Assembly (NCBI RefSeq): GCF_009914755.1
Contig: NC_060938.1
Source of the DNA: the human T2T-CHM13v2.0 reference genome, Homo sapiens
Direction: 5' to 3' (one strand)
DNA: 64,000 bases
Below are positions 52,232-64,000 of this stretch, piece after piece (the stretch's first letter is position 1; each line of letters begins with the position of its first letter). The notes beneath the pieces were generated by a model. The model saw nothing but the letters and a program-made list of their open reading frames with translations. It made no database searches and had not been told where the DNA came from. The position numbers and the translations under genes are program-made.

Positions 52232-52860
52232 AGTTGGGGCTCAGGAAACAATACAACAAAGTGGATGCTTCAGAAGTAGCCCCAGAAGCAAAGTCCCTCT
52301 CTGACTTTCTCCTGCTCTCCTGTCTCTCACCCCCTCATTTGCCCTCGAGGCAAGCCATAGAAACTAGAATTCCTCTTCCCCAAAGAAGGACATAGAAACC
52401 AGAACCCCTCTCCCCGAGAGTCAGCCGTAAAACCTAGAAATACATCTCTAACCTTCCCCTCCATCCCCACCTTTCTGTGCAAGAAATTCTCTGATTTACC
52501 TTGTCTGATAGTAGGTCATAAGACCCTCATTCCAGGGGAGGTCTACCCCCTACCTGGAGTGAAAGAATGCCACTCAGAGAGGCCAGGAAGAATCTGAACG
52601 GTCAGGCCTTGCTGGGGTCATTCTCTCCTTGTCCAATCACCGCTCTACACAACTATCCATTATGCATCAAACCTAAGCATAAAAATGGATAGCTTTCTCT
52701 GTATCTTTAGGTCTTCATTCCAAAGGCTCTTGTGTCACATAAGGCTATGATTAACTAAATTTGATATGGCTTACTCTTGTTAATCTGTCTTTTGGTATAG
52801 GAGTGTCGGCTGTGACCTTTACGACAGGCAGAAAAGGGATCGCCTTATTTCCAGCCTACA
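52232..52860 (+). mobile_element. MER39-like ERV1 solo LTR
   Basis: GTTGGGGCTCAGGAAACAATAC..GCCATAGAAACTAGAATTCCTCTTCCCCAA..CCTACA. Confidence 0.85.
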
Positions 52861-52899
52861 GAATCCACACTGAAAAGTTTGATCTTCATATTCTCAACC

Positions 52900-54655
52900 C
52901 TGGGAGCCACAGCTTGGAAGGGAGAAGAGATGAGACATCAGACTGAAAAGCAGAAGGCAAAAGCTAAACTCCGTGCACTGAATGGTAAGAGCCCGTGACC
53001 CTTGCCCACCTGGCTCCCAGAATGCCAGCACCCAGGTTTACATCCCCTACACAGGAGATTAGGAGATTCTTCTCTGAGAAGGAATGGCCCCAGAGGAAAA
53101 CCTCCGGAGAGATACTGATATTTGAGGAACTGGCTCAAACATCCGACCACTCCACAGGGAAGCTCCCCAGTCCATGAGCAGCGCTACTCAGGCACACAGT
53201 ATCCAATAAGCTCTTCTGAACCTTGTAAGATTCATTTCAATATGAAAACGAAATTCAGGCATCACCAGGAATTTAAGGAACATCTACACTGTGAAAGTCA
53301 GACATCTAAACAAACAGGAAAGGTGTGGTAGCTCCCACCTGTAATCCAAGAACTTTGGGGGGTTGAAGCAGGAGGATCGCTTAAGCCCAGGAGTTCAACG
53401 CCGGCCTGGGCAACATACGGAGACACCATCTCTACAAAAAATTTTAAAATGAACCAGGAGTGGTGGCACATGCCCGTAGTTCTAGCTACCAAGGAGACTG
53501 AGGCAAGAGGGTCACCTGAGCCCAGGAATTTGGGGTTATACTGAGCTATGATCATACCACTGTACTCCAGCCAGGGTGACAGAGAGAAAAAAACATTAAA
53601 AGTGAAATGAAAAGCCAGTAAGAAAAACAAGAAACTCAAAGGAAACAGAGATAACACAGGAAACAGAAGAAAATGCCCAAAACTCTAATTAATGTTCTAA
53701 GAGAAGAGAAGGCATTGCTTATGTTAAAAGAACAAGAAACATTTAGGAAAAACTTAAAAGGTCTTGGAAATAAAACATATGAAGGAAAAAGAATTCCATA
53801 GATGATTTGAAATTAAAGTGATGGAAATTATCCAGAAAGTAAGGCAATAAGACAAAAAGATGATTAAGAAAAGAAAAATAAATAAGCAAACAGAAGGATC
53901 ACCCCAATGTTCAACTAATAGAGTTTCTAAGTATTGAGAGATAATTTTTTGGGGGGAGAAGGGTTTAAAACAAATTAATACAAAAACAAGCAAATAAGCA
54001 AAACCACAAAATCCACAAGAACCTTCCCTAGAACAGGAGCATAAGTCTTCCAGTTGAAAGATCTGTTTAAATGTACAGCAGAATGACTTATAAAGACACA
54101 ACAAGGCTGTAGTATCATGAAATCTCACACCGGGGATAAAATTAAAATTCTAAAAGCTTCCAGAGGAAAAAAAATCTGTTCACATAGAAAAGATGAACCA
54201 TCAAAATGGTAGATGGACTTCTCAACAACAATAGAAACTAGACGTTCATTGAGTATTGCCTTTGAAATACTGAGGAAAACTTATTTTCAACCTATAATTA
54301 TATACCTAACCAAACGACTGACCAAGAGAGGGGATAGATTAGAGATACTTTCAGAGATGAAGTTCTTGGAAAATTCACCTCCTGTGCTCACTTAGTAAAC
54401 AATTAGAGAATGTGCTCTAACAAAACACCAAATGTAGCAAACCAAAAGAGAAGAGAACATGGGATCCAGGAAATGAGAACAATATAGGAGACAGGTGAAA
54501 AATAAGTCCCTGCACAAAAGCTGGGCCAAAACAGGCTTATAGAGCAACCAGGCCAAATTAGAACAGGAAAATCAAAGTGGAAGGCGTGCATTATTTGCCA
54601 AGTTTGAGCAACAACAAAATCAAATTGAAAGTCCGCTGGAAGGCATGGGATGAAC
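52900..54655 (+). mobile_element. HAL1/old L1 ORF1-like remnant interrupted by an AluJ
   Basis: GACTTCTCAACAACAA..GCCTTTGAAATACTGAGGAAAA..TTTCAACCTATAATT..CATGGGATCCAGGAAA..AGAGCAACCAG. Confidence 0.75.
53320..53600 (+). mobile_element. AluJ-like SINE
   Basis: Diverged Alu with GCAGGAGGATCGCTT..AGCTATGATCATACCACTG. Confidence 0.85.
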
Positions 54656-54659
54656 AGGT

Positions 54660-54962
54660 AGGAAGGAAGGAGTGAGGAAGACAGGGAGGCAGGAAGGAGG
54701 GAAAGAGGGAGGGAGGGAGGGAGGAGGAAGGAAACAAGGAGGGAGGGAGGGAATGAGGGAAGGAGGAGGAAGGAAAGAAAGGAGAGAGAGAGAAAGGAAG
54801 GAGGGAAGGAGGGAGGGAGGGAGGAGGAAAGAAAGCAGAGAAGGAAGGAGGGAGGAAGGAAGGAGGGAAGGCAGGAGAGAGGGAGAAGGAAGGGAGGAAG
54901 AGGGAGAAAGGAGGGAGGGAGGGAAGGAAGGAGGAAGGAGAAGTATGTTTAGAGAGAGAGAA
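54660..54962. repeat. GA-rich polypurine tract ((GGAA)/(GGAG)n)
   Basis: About 300 nt, almost only G and A. Confidence 0.92.
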
Positions 54963-55033
54963 TCATATAGAGAGAAAACAAATATATATAAATCAAAAAG
55001 AGATAAGGTTTATTAATAGCAAAAAAAACTAAA

Positions 55034-55165
55034 AGGGCGTGGTGGCTCATGCCTGTAACCCCAGCGCTTTGGAAGGCCAAGGCGGGTAGATCACCTAAAG
55101 TCAGGAGTTCGAGACCAGCCTGGCCAACAGGCAAAACCCCGTCTCTACTAAAAAAATACAAAAAT
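55034..55165 (+). mobile_element. Alu left arm
   Basis: GGGCGTGGTGGCTCATGCC...CTACTAAAAAAATACAAAAAT. Confidence 0.85.
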
Positions 55166-55375
55166 CATTGGTCTCACTGATGAATAGTGTTCACATTATA
55201 TAAACAGAATGTCAATTCAAGGGAAAAGAAGGGGTAAGGTCTATATTCTCATCACAATAAGTCTATGCATAATTTTAAATTGATTAAAAGTGAAGAAAAT
55301 GATCTTAGAGGGTTTTTTAAATATAATTTTTTAAATGTTTACACTGTGAAATATCACACAGAGGAGTGCACAAAA

Positions 55376-55584
<209 letters not shown>

Positions 55585-56372
55585 TAGTTTCATCACGTCT
55601 ATTTTTTGAGCTTTATATAAACGGAATTCAGATGTGTATGGTGAGGACTTCTTTCACACATTAATGTCAATGAGACTCATCCAGGTTGTGTAGCTATAGT
55701 TTGTTTTTATCGGTATGTCACTTTTCACATATACCATAAAGTATTTGTGTGTGTGCACACAAGTATGCACATTATATTATACTCTTGATGGACACTGGGT
55801 GGATTCCAGTTTTGAGCTTTTATCAATAATGCTGCTATGAACATTTCTATCCATAATTTTGGGTACATATGTATTCACTTTTCCATTGTGCCTGTACATC
55901 AGGATAGAACTACTGACTTACAGAATACGCATATGTTCATCTTTTATTAGGTAATGCTGATTAGTTTTCCAAAGTGGTTGTACCAATTTACACTCTCACC
56001 ACCAGTGTATGAGAATTCTCATTTCTACAAATCCTCACCAACTCTTGGTACTGTAAGTAATTTTCAACTGTAGGCATTGTGGTGGACATGGAGTCACATT
56101 TCACGTGGTTTCTAATTTATATTTCCCTGAAGACTTATGAAGTTGAACAACTTTTCACATGTTTATTCAACATTTGAATATCCTCTTTGGTGAAGTCCCT
56201 GTTTAAGACTCTTGTCCATTTTTCTACGGGGCTATTTTGTTTTTCTTGAATTGATTTGTAGGAATTCTTTGCATATCCTTCATATAAGCCTTTTGTAAAT
56301 TATAGACGTTGTAAATATCTCTTAAGTTGCCTTTCATTCTCTATATCTTTTGATGAACAAAAGCTCATTTTA

Positions 56373-56556
<184 letters not shown>

Positions 56557-56708
56557 TACCTTTTCTACTCTTGGCATTTTGTGTTTCCACATAAATTTTA
56601 GAATTGGCTTCTCAATTTTCACAAAACCCTCAGGATTCTGATTGGGATTACACTGACTCTATACATCACTTTGAGATGAACTGACATCTTTTAAAAAGTA
56701 AGTCTTCC

Positions 56709-57052
<344 letters not shown>

Positions 57053-57785
57053 TTATTTAGGTCTTTAATTTATCTCAATAGTGTTTCATGGTTTTCAATA
57101 TAGGGGTCTTGTTAGATTTATTCCTAGATAATTTGATTATTTTTATTCTAATGTAAATTCATGTTCTGATTATTAGTGATAAAGAGAAATACAATTTACT
57201 TTTTTCATATTTACTTCATATGCAACAAACCTGCTAAATTCATTTTAGTTCCAACAACTTAACCGAAATTTATTTTGAATTTTCTTTATACTCAGTAATT
57301 TAGTCTCCCAATAATTAATAGTTTTATTTATTCCTTTCTAATCCTAATACCTTCATTTCTCTTTCATGTCTCATCACACTAGCTAAGATCTGCTGTGCAA
57401 TAATGAATAGAAGTGGTGATAGATGGCAGATTTGTTTTTCCTACTCTCAAAGGGAAACTTTCAACATTTCACGCATTAAGTATGTTTTTTACTTTTTAAT
57501 GATGTAGGCTATTTTTTGTATATATGCTTCTTACAGTAAGAAAACTCCCTTTTTATTAGTTTGCAGAAATCTTTTTTAATCGAGAATAAATGTTAATTAC
57601 ATCACATATATTTTCTACATCTATTGAGATGATCATGATTTTTTCCCTTTATGCTGCTAATATACTAAATAACACTTACTGATTTCAAATATATTACACT
57701 AACCTTGCATTTCTAGAAGATAACCAACTTGATCATGATGGAGTAATTTATTGCTAGATTCATACTACTAATATTTTGTTTAGAA

Positions 57786-58123
<338 letters not shown>

Positions 58124-60101
58124 TAAAATTTATATTCATGAGTGAAACTGGCCTGGAATGTTCCTTTCTTATAACATTTCAGTCAGGTTTTAGTATCAAA
58201 ATTCTCCTGGCCTCTTGAAACCAGCTGGGAGTATTCCTTCTTTTTCAATTCTCTAGTGGAGAGTTTGTGGAAAATATGTGTTATTTCTTCCTTAAATATT
58301 TGGTGACCTCAACAGTAAAACTATCTGGATCTGAAGTTTTCCTTATGGGAAACTTTGTAATTACATATTCATGAGGAGACATAGAGCAACTCAGCCTGTT
58401 ATTTTTCTTACAGCAGTTTCAGTAAGTGGCATTTTAAAATTTTTGTCCATTTCCTCTAAAATGTCAAATATATTGCCATAAAGTTTTTCATAATATTCTC
58501 TTACTATCTTTTAAAGATAGTTATACCCTTTTTTCATTCCTCATAGTTGTTGTTGGTGCTATTTTTTCTTGATTAGTCTCACCAGGATTCATTGATTTTA
58601 TTAGTCCTTTGGCTCTGTTGATTCTCCCCCCATTTCATTACCTTTTATCTTGTCTTTATTATCTCCTTTCTTCAACACTGTAAAAAAAATTTAGTTGTTC
58701 TTTTCTAACTTCTGGAAATTAATGCTTAGGTTATTTTTAAACCTCTCTTCTTTTCTAATATATGCAAATATAAATAGGCTTTAAATATCCCTCTAAGCAT
58801 TGCTTTACATGCATTCCACAATTTTTGCTGTCATATTTTCATTGTCATTAATTTCCAAATATTTTCTACTTTCCATTGCCATTTATTCTTTGACTTGTGA
58901 TTGCTTAACTTCTAAACATATGGGGATTTTTCATTTATATTTTTTGTAATTGATTTCTAGCTTAATGTCACTGTAGTTGGAAAATATACTCTATGATTTC
59001 CATCCTATACTCTATGATTTCCATCAATATGTTAAGAGTTGCTTTATGACTCACCAAATAGAGAACACTGGCAAATATTCTATGTGTACTTGAAAGGAAT
59101 ATCTACTCTGTATTTGTTGAGTGCAATGTTTTATAATTAGATGATGTTTGTTAATTAACTTTGTTCAAATTTTCTATATCCTTATTTATTTTGTCTCTAG
59201 ATTGTACCAATTACTGAGAGGTGTTTTAAAATTTCTAACTATATAGATATCTGTATTTCTCCTTGTAGGTCTTATAATTGTGTGTGTGTGTGAGAGAGAG
59301 AGACAGAGAGAGAGCAAGTGAGTGCAGTATAAGTGAATTGAATCTTTCTTATTATGAAATATCTCCCTTATCTCTAACAGTGTTCCTTGCCTTACAGTTA
59401 TGCGATCTTTCTTTGGGTTAGCTATACAATCTTTCTTTTGCATGGTATATCTTGCTACATTCTTTTGTATCGGGCCCTTCTGTACGTTTATAAGAAAGGT
59501 ATGTCTCTTTAAAGCATAGTTTTAAAAATCCAATCTGATAATCTTTTGACTTTTAATTTGACTATTTAGTCTATTTATATTTAATATAATGGCTGATATT
59601 TGATATAAATCTATTATTCTACTATTTTTTATTTGTCTCACCTACTCTAGGATCCTTTTTCTATTTTTCATCTTTGTTTGAATTTCTTAAGTATTATTAT
59701 TCTATTTTCCCTCTTTCTTAGCTTGTTATTTATACATTCTGTCATCATTCTTTTAAAGATTATCTAAACTTTAAAACATGCATCCTTAACTTATCAATGA
59801 CAACACAACTTCGTTATCACTTCCTGTACACTACAAGGAACTTAGAATGATTTAACTTCATTAACTTCTTTGGATTTATGTTCTACTTTTACCATGTATG
59901 TTATTCCCTACATATTTTAAACTCCACAAAACATAATAATTATTATTTTATAAAGTCAATATTTATTTATATTTAACCATTGAATTCTTATTTCTATTGC
60001 TCTTCACTCCTTACATTTCTGAGCCTTGATCGGGGATAATTTTCCTTCTGTCCCAAGGATACTCTTTACTGAATACTTCCTTTAGTATAGATCTGTTCAT
60101 G

Positions 60102-60298
<197 letters not shown>

Positions 60299-61859
60299 TG
60301 AAAAATCTGGTAGATAGAATTTATAGTTAATAGTTGTTTTCTTTCAGCAATTTGAAGATAGCATTCCACTTCCTTCTGACATCTATTGTTCCAGTTCAAA
60401 AGTCAGTTGTCAGTCTTATTTTTCCTTTAAAGATAAGAGGTACCCACTCCCCAACCATGATGCTTTTCAGCTTTTCTCTTTTTCTTTTATAAATGTTACC
60501 ATGTTGTCCCTATGTTGTTCTCGTTAGCTTTGTTATCAGAAATTTTACTATGTTGAATCTTTGTACTTATCCTGCTTGGTGCCCTAGGGCTTCTGGATTC
60601 TGTGGCTTTGTGTGATTTGTTAGTTTTAGAACTATCTCAGCTATTTTTTTCCAATTATTTTTTATGTCCCACTTTCTCTCTCCTCTCCTGCTGAACCTCC
60701 AGTTACACATATATTAGGCCTTTCCACCATATTTAATATGTCTTTCACAATCTGATATTTATTTTCCATCTAAAAGCCTCAAAATGCTTTATTGTTGATA
60801 TTTTCTTCTGCTTTATCTTCTGGTTCACTAACTCTCTCCTCAATTGCATCTACTCTATTGAACCAATTCATTTGGTTTTTTTAAAGCTTAATTTTTAAAG
60901 TACAATTTACACAGCATAAAATTCACCCATTGTAAGTACACATTCAATGGTTTTAGTCATTAATTCATTTATGCAACCATAACCATCACCACAATCCAAT
61001 CTTACAGCATTTCCATCACCCAAAAAAGTTCACTCATTTAGATTTTAACTGCAGTAATTGTATTTTTCAGTTCCAGAAGGTCCATTTGGTCTTATTTACA
61101 ATTTTCAGTTCTCTGGCAGAGTTTTCAATCTTATCTTTTAATCCTTGAAACATATTAATCACAGTTATGGTAGGGACCATATTTGATTATCTATTATCTG
61201 GATCTCTTGTAGGTATATCCAATTTGTTTATTTTTTATTGTTTTTTTTAATCATATCTGGTCTTCTCATGTGATGTGTCTATTATTTCTACTGACTGACA
61301 GATATAGTACATGAAAAACTACAGTGATAACCTGAGTTTCTGGGAAAAGCATCTTCCTCCAAAGAGAATTTTTATTCTGGCTTCAGGCAGACATCTAGGC
61401 TAGGGGCACTAATCTGAAATTATTTGAGTTTTGGCTTCACTACCTATGTTTTATTTCTGATTCACCTAGACTCAGGGTTCTCAATGAAAGCCTAGGTTGT
61501 TTACTAGGGCTTCTGCCTTTTCACAGGACCTAAATACAATTACCACACCCTCAAGCCCATGAACTTGTTGAAAGCTCTGCTAAGTTTCTTAATCTTTTAG
61601 CCTCTACTTTTTGAACTGAAATTTTTCTCAAGAAGATAAAACTCAAAAGCAGAGTTTACCTCTCTGAGTTTTCTACCACTTCTTACTCACCCCACCAACC
61701 CAGATCTTGGTTCTGCAATTCCCCATTGCCCTGATGGCTCTCCAATTTTTCCAAACTGACTTTTTTTCTTTTTAATTTTGCGCAGCTTTTCTCAGCAGAA
61801 GAGTTAAACAGAACAAACCTGATCTACTATTGCTAAATATATGCACTACCACTGTAAGT

Positions 61860-61986
61860 TAGGTGACCATAATTTATCAAACCAGGATGTTCTTGAAAAT
61901 GAAAGTAGACACTACTAGTGATTACAAGGGGGTAGTAAGCATAAAACAAAACTGTCACAAACACGTCAGACTGTATGGTCATCCTA
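61860..61986 (+). mobile_element. MER94-like hAT-Blackjack MITE
   Basis: Terminal inverted repeats TAGGTGACCATA...TATGGTCATCCTA. Confidence 0.7.
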
Positions 61987-61999
61987 ATAATAATGCATG

Positions 62000-62182
62000 G
62001 AGTGAATGAATTCTCTTAACAATCCAGAGGGATCAGAAAGGGCTCATTTCAACACCACATTTCAAAAGAAACAATTGAGACAGATTAATCTGATGCCCCA
62101 TGGAAATTCCACTGTTGTTTGTAGGGCCCCTTCTAATCTCCTTTAGGGATTTAGCTTTTTCTCCAAATTTTTATTTTGGCAA
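62000..62182 (+). repeat. Copy 1 of a ~180-bp dispersed direct repeat
   Basis: Aligns by eye with 63564-63743. Confidence 0.85.
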
Positions 62183-63563
62183 ATAAAATATAAATTTTCT
62201 CCAAATTTTTATTTTGCCTAAACAAAAATAAATTAATTTAAAAGTCACATTGGCCACGTCGAAGATATGGAGGTCTGGTCTCTTCCCTTTATGGTGACTG
62301 AATTATTTGGTTTTCAGGATAGAAGTAAACCCTTACTCATTGTGGGAAGAGACTACTCAGTGGCTCATTGCATTAACAGAGGAAGTTAACTATTACAGCC
62401 TGCCAGTTCCTGGACCCTATATACTATTAATGCCCTTGGCTGAGACTTGGTGCATTTGTGTAGTTTTGGAAACTCCTTCAAGCAAGAGAGAAATTTTTCT
62501 GAAAAAATAGAGAAACCTTAGACTTGAAAAGAAAGTGAGTACAATTTGCAAGAAGAGCACTGCACCATATTCCCTTTTCTATTTTATTAGAAATGCTGTA
62601 TCTTGCTTTCATTTAGCAGAAATTCTATGCCTTATTCCATGAAGCAAACAACATAATAAGTAAAGGGCTTGCTCTGTCTTGGCTTCTGAGAGAGCTAGAT
62701 TTGCCTCCTGGGTCATCTTCTTAAGTGAACTCCTTTGGGCTGGAGAGCTGTTCTCTGATTAATGCCAGAGCCAAGCCCAGGGAGATGCTCAATCAGATAA
62801 AATAGCGTTGATGCCTAATTATAGACTCACCATGTCTTGTATTTTGCAGCCTGACCCTTCCTGGAATTTTGACGATGCTATTCAGGATACCACTTCCTAT
62901 TCATAATCTGCATATTTAAGATGGCTTGATTCAAAACAATGTTTTGGATACAAACATTCCAACATTTTTCCAAAACACAGGCTTTATCAGCATATAAAGT
63001 AATTTGCCACATGCATTGTGTTTGCATCCTAGCAAGTGGATAATAGATTAGAGTTACTAAAACGTCAGTGTGTTTTCCCATCCATAGTACACTGCAAAGG
63101 ACTCAATGAAAGGAAAACAAAATATGATTCCACAATTTAACTTAGGTCCATATGCCATTGTCATTTAAGACCAAAAACAACAGAAAATAAAAATGAGGCA
63201 TTGAAAACACTGAACCTAGCAACAAAGCAATTAGTTAAACTCAGGTACAGGGTGATATTGAGGCCAATAACCTAGGGTCTGTTTCAGCTGAGATTATCTA
63301 TGGCCCTGGGGAATATTCAAGAGCTAAATTCCTCTGCTTGTTGATATGCTCAACACTGGCCTGGAGACAGGTCAGCCTTCTTATGGGAGGCCTAAAACCA
63401 AAGGAAAAATGAGTGCAAGGTTTTTTGTTTTTGTTTTTTTTTCCTGCTTCTCCCTTGTTTGTCTACACTCCATCTAATCCTCTCTGGGGCAGGGTCTTAT
63501 CTCCCTACATCCAGCCCCTCAATAGTACTAGCACTCGTAGACCTCAACAAATATTTCCAGGTA

Positions 63564-63743
63564 GAGTAAATGAATTTTCACAACAATCCAGATGGAGCAG
63601 AAAGGGCTCATTTCAAGATAACATATCAGAAATAACTGAGACAGACTAATCTGATGTCCCATGGATATTCTACTATTGTTTGTAGGGTCCCTTCTAATCC
63701 CCTTCAGGGATTTAGCTTTTTCCCCACATTTTTATTTTGGCAA
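63564..63743 (+). repeat. Copy 2 of a ~180-bp dispersed direct repeat
   Basis: Aligns by eye with 62000-62182. Confidence 0.85.
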
Positions 63744-63765
63744 CTTTCAAACCTAAAGAAAACCT

Positions 63766-63973
63766 GAGCCTGGTCAACATGGAGAAAGCCCATCTCCACA
63801 AAAAATACAAAAATTAGCTGGGCATGGTGGTGCACACCTGTGGTCCCAGCTATTTGGGAGGCTGAAGTGAGAGAATCACTTAAGCTTGAGAGGTAGAGGT
63901 TGCGGTAAGCCGAGATCACACCACTGCACTCCAGCCTGGGTGACAGAGCAAGACTTTGTGTCAAAAAAAAAAA
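63766..63973 (+). mobile_element. 5'-truncated Alu
   Basis: AGCCTGGTCAACATGG...poly(A). Confidence 0.9.
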
Positions 63974-64000
63974 CACATGCGAAAGAAAAAGAAGAAAACC

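Noticed and set aside
54672-55016. R/E/G-rich ORF (and the P/S/L-rich ORF at 28414-28635)
   Set aside because: Translations of low-complexity purine or pyrimidine tracts, which lack stop codons by composition.
58985-59026. Short tandem duplications (also ~48793-48836 and ~29736-29770)
   Set aside because: Ordinary slippage duplications of 17-26 bp, mostly inside old repeats; no sign of function.

Overview
This window is primate (very likely human) non-coding genomic DNA. About 45 Alu copies and fragments (J, S and Y types) sit among ERV1 solo LTRs (two MER41, one MER39), MaLR/ERVL LTRs (two MSTA-like, one MSTD-like, MLT1C, MLT2B), DNA-transposon relics (MER44A, MER30, MER58A, MER102, MER94), old L1ME/HAL1/L2/MIR fragments, a Y3 RNA retropseudogene, a 33-bp minisatellite and purine/pyrimidine tracts. 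I find no credible protein-coding gene: the ORF track is almost all Alu-, repeat- or chance-derived. There is no CRISPR array, and I recognised no tRNA or rRNA. Repeat-free blocks at about 27.1-28.4 kb and 37.4-39.8 kb look like enhancers and contain a few candidate non-coding exons. The most unusual signals are structural fossils: (1) a rearranged copy of an Alu/MST-LTR/L1 junction from 45.8-46.2 kb embedded at 8.5-9.2 kb; (2) a fold-back inversion at its donor site; (3) an MSTA LTR flanked by an ~80-bp duplication instead of a 5-bp TSD; (4) a convergent MER41 pair next to tandem ARE/AP-1 sites. I do not see evidence for a new gene system. Repeat names come from recalled consensus sequences, not a database run. 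Boundaries of old repeats are approximate, and the locus was not identified.
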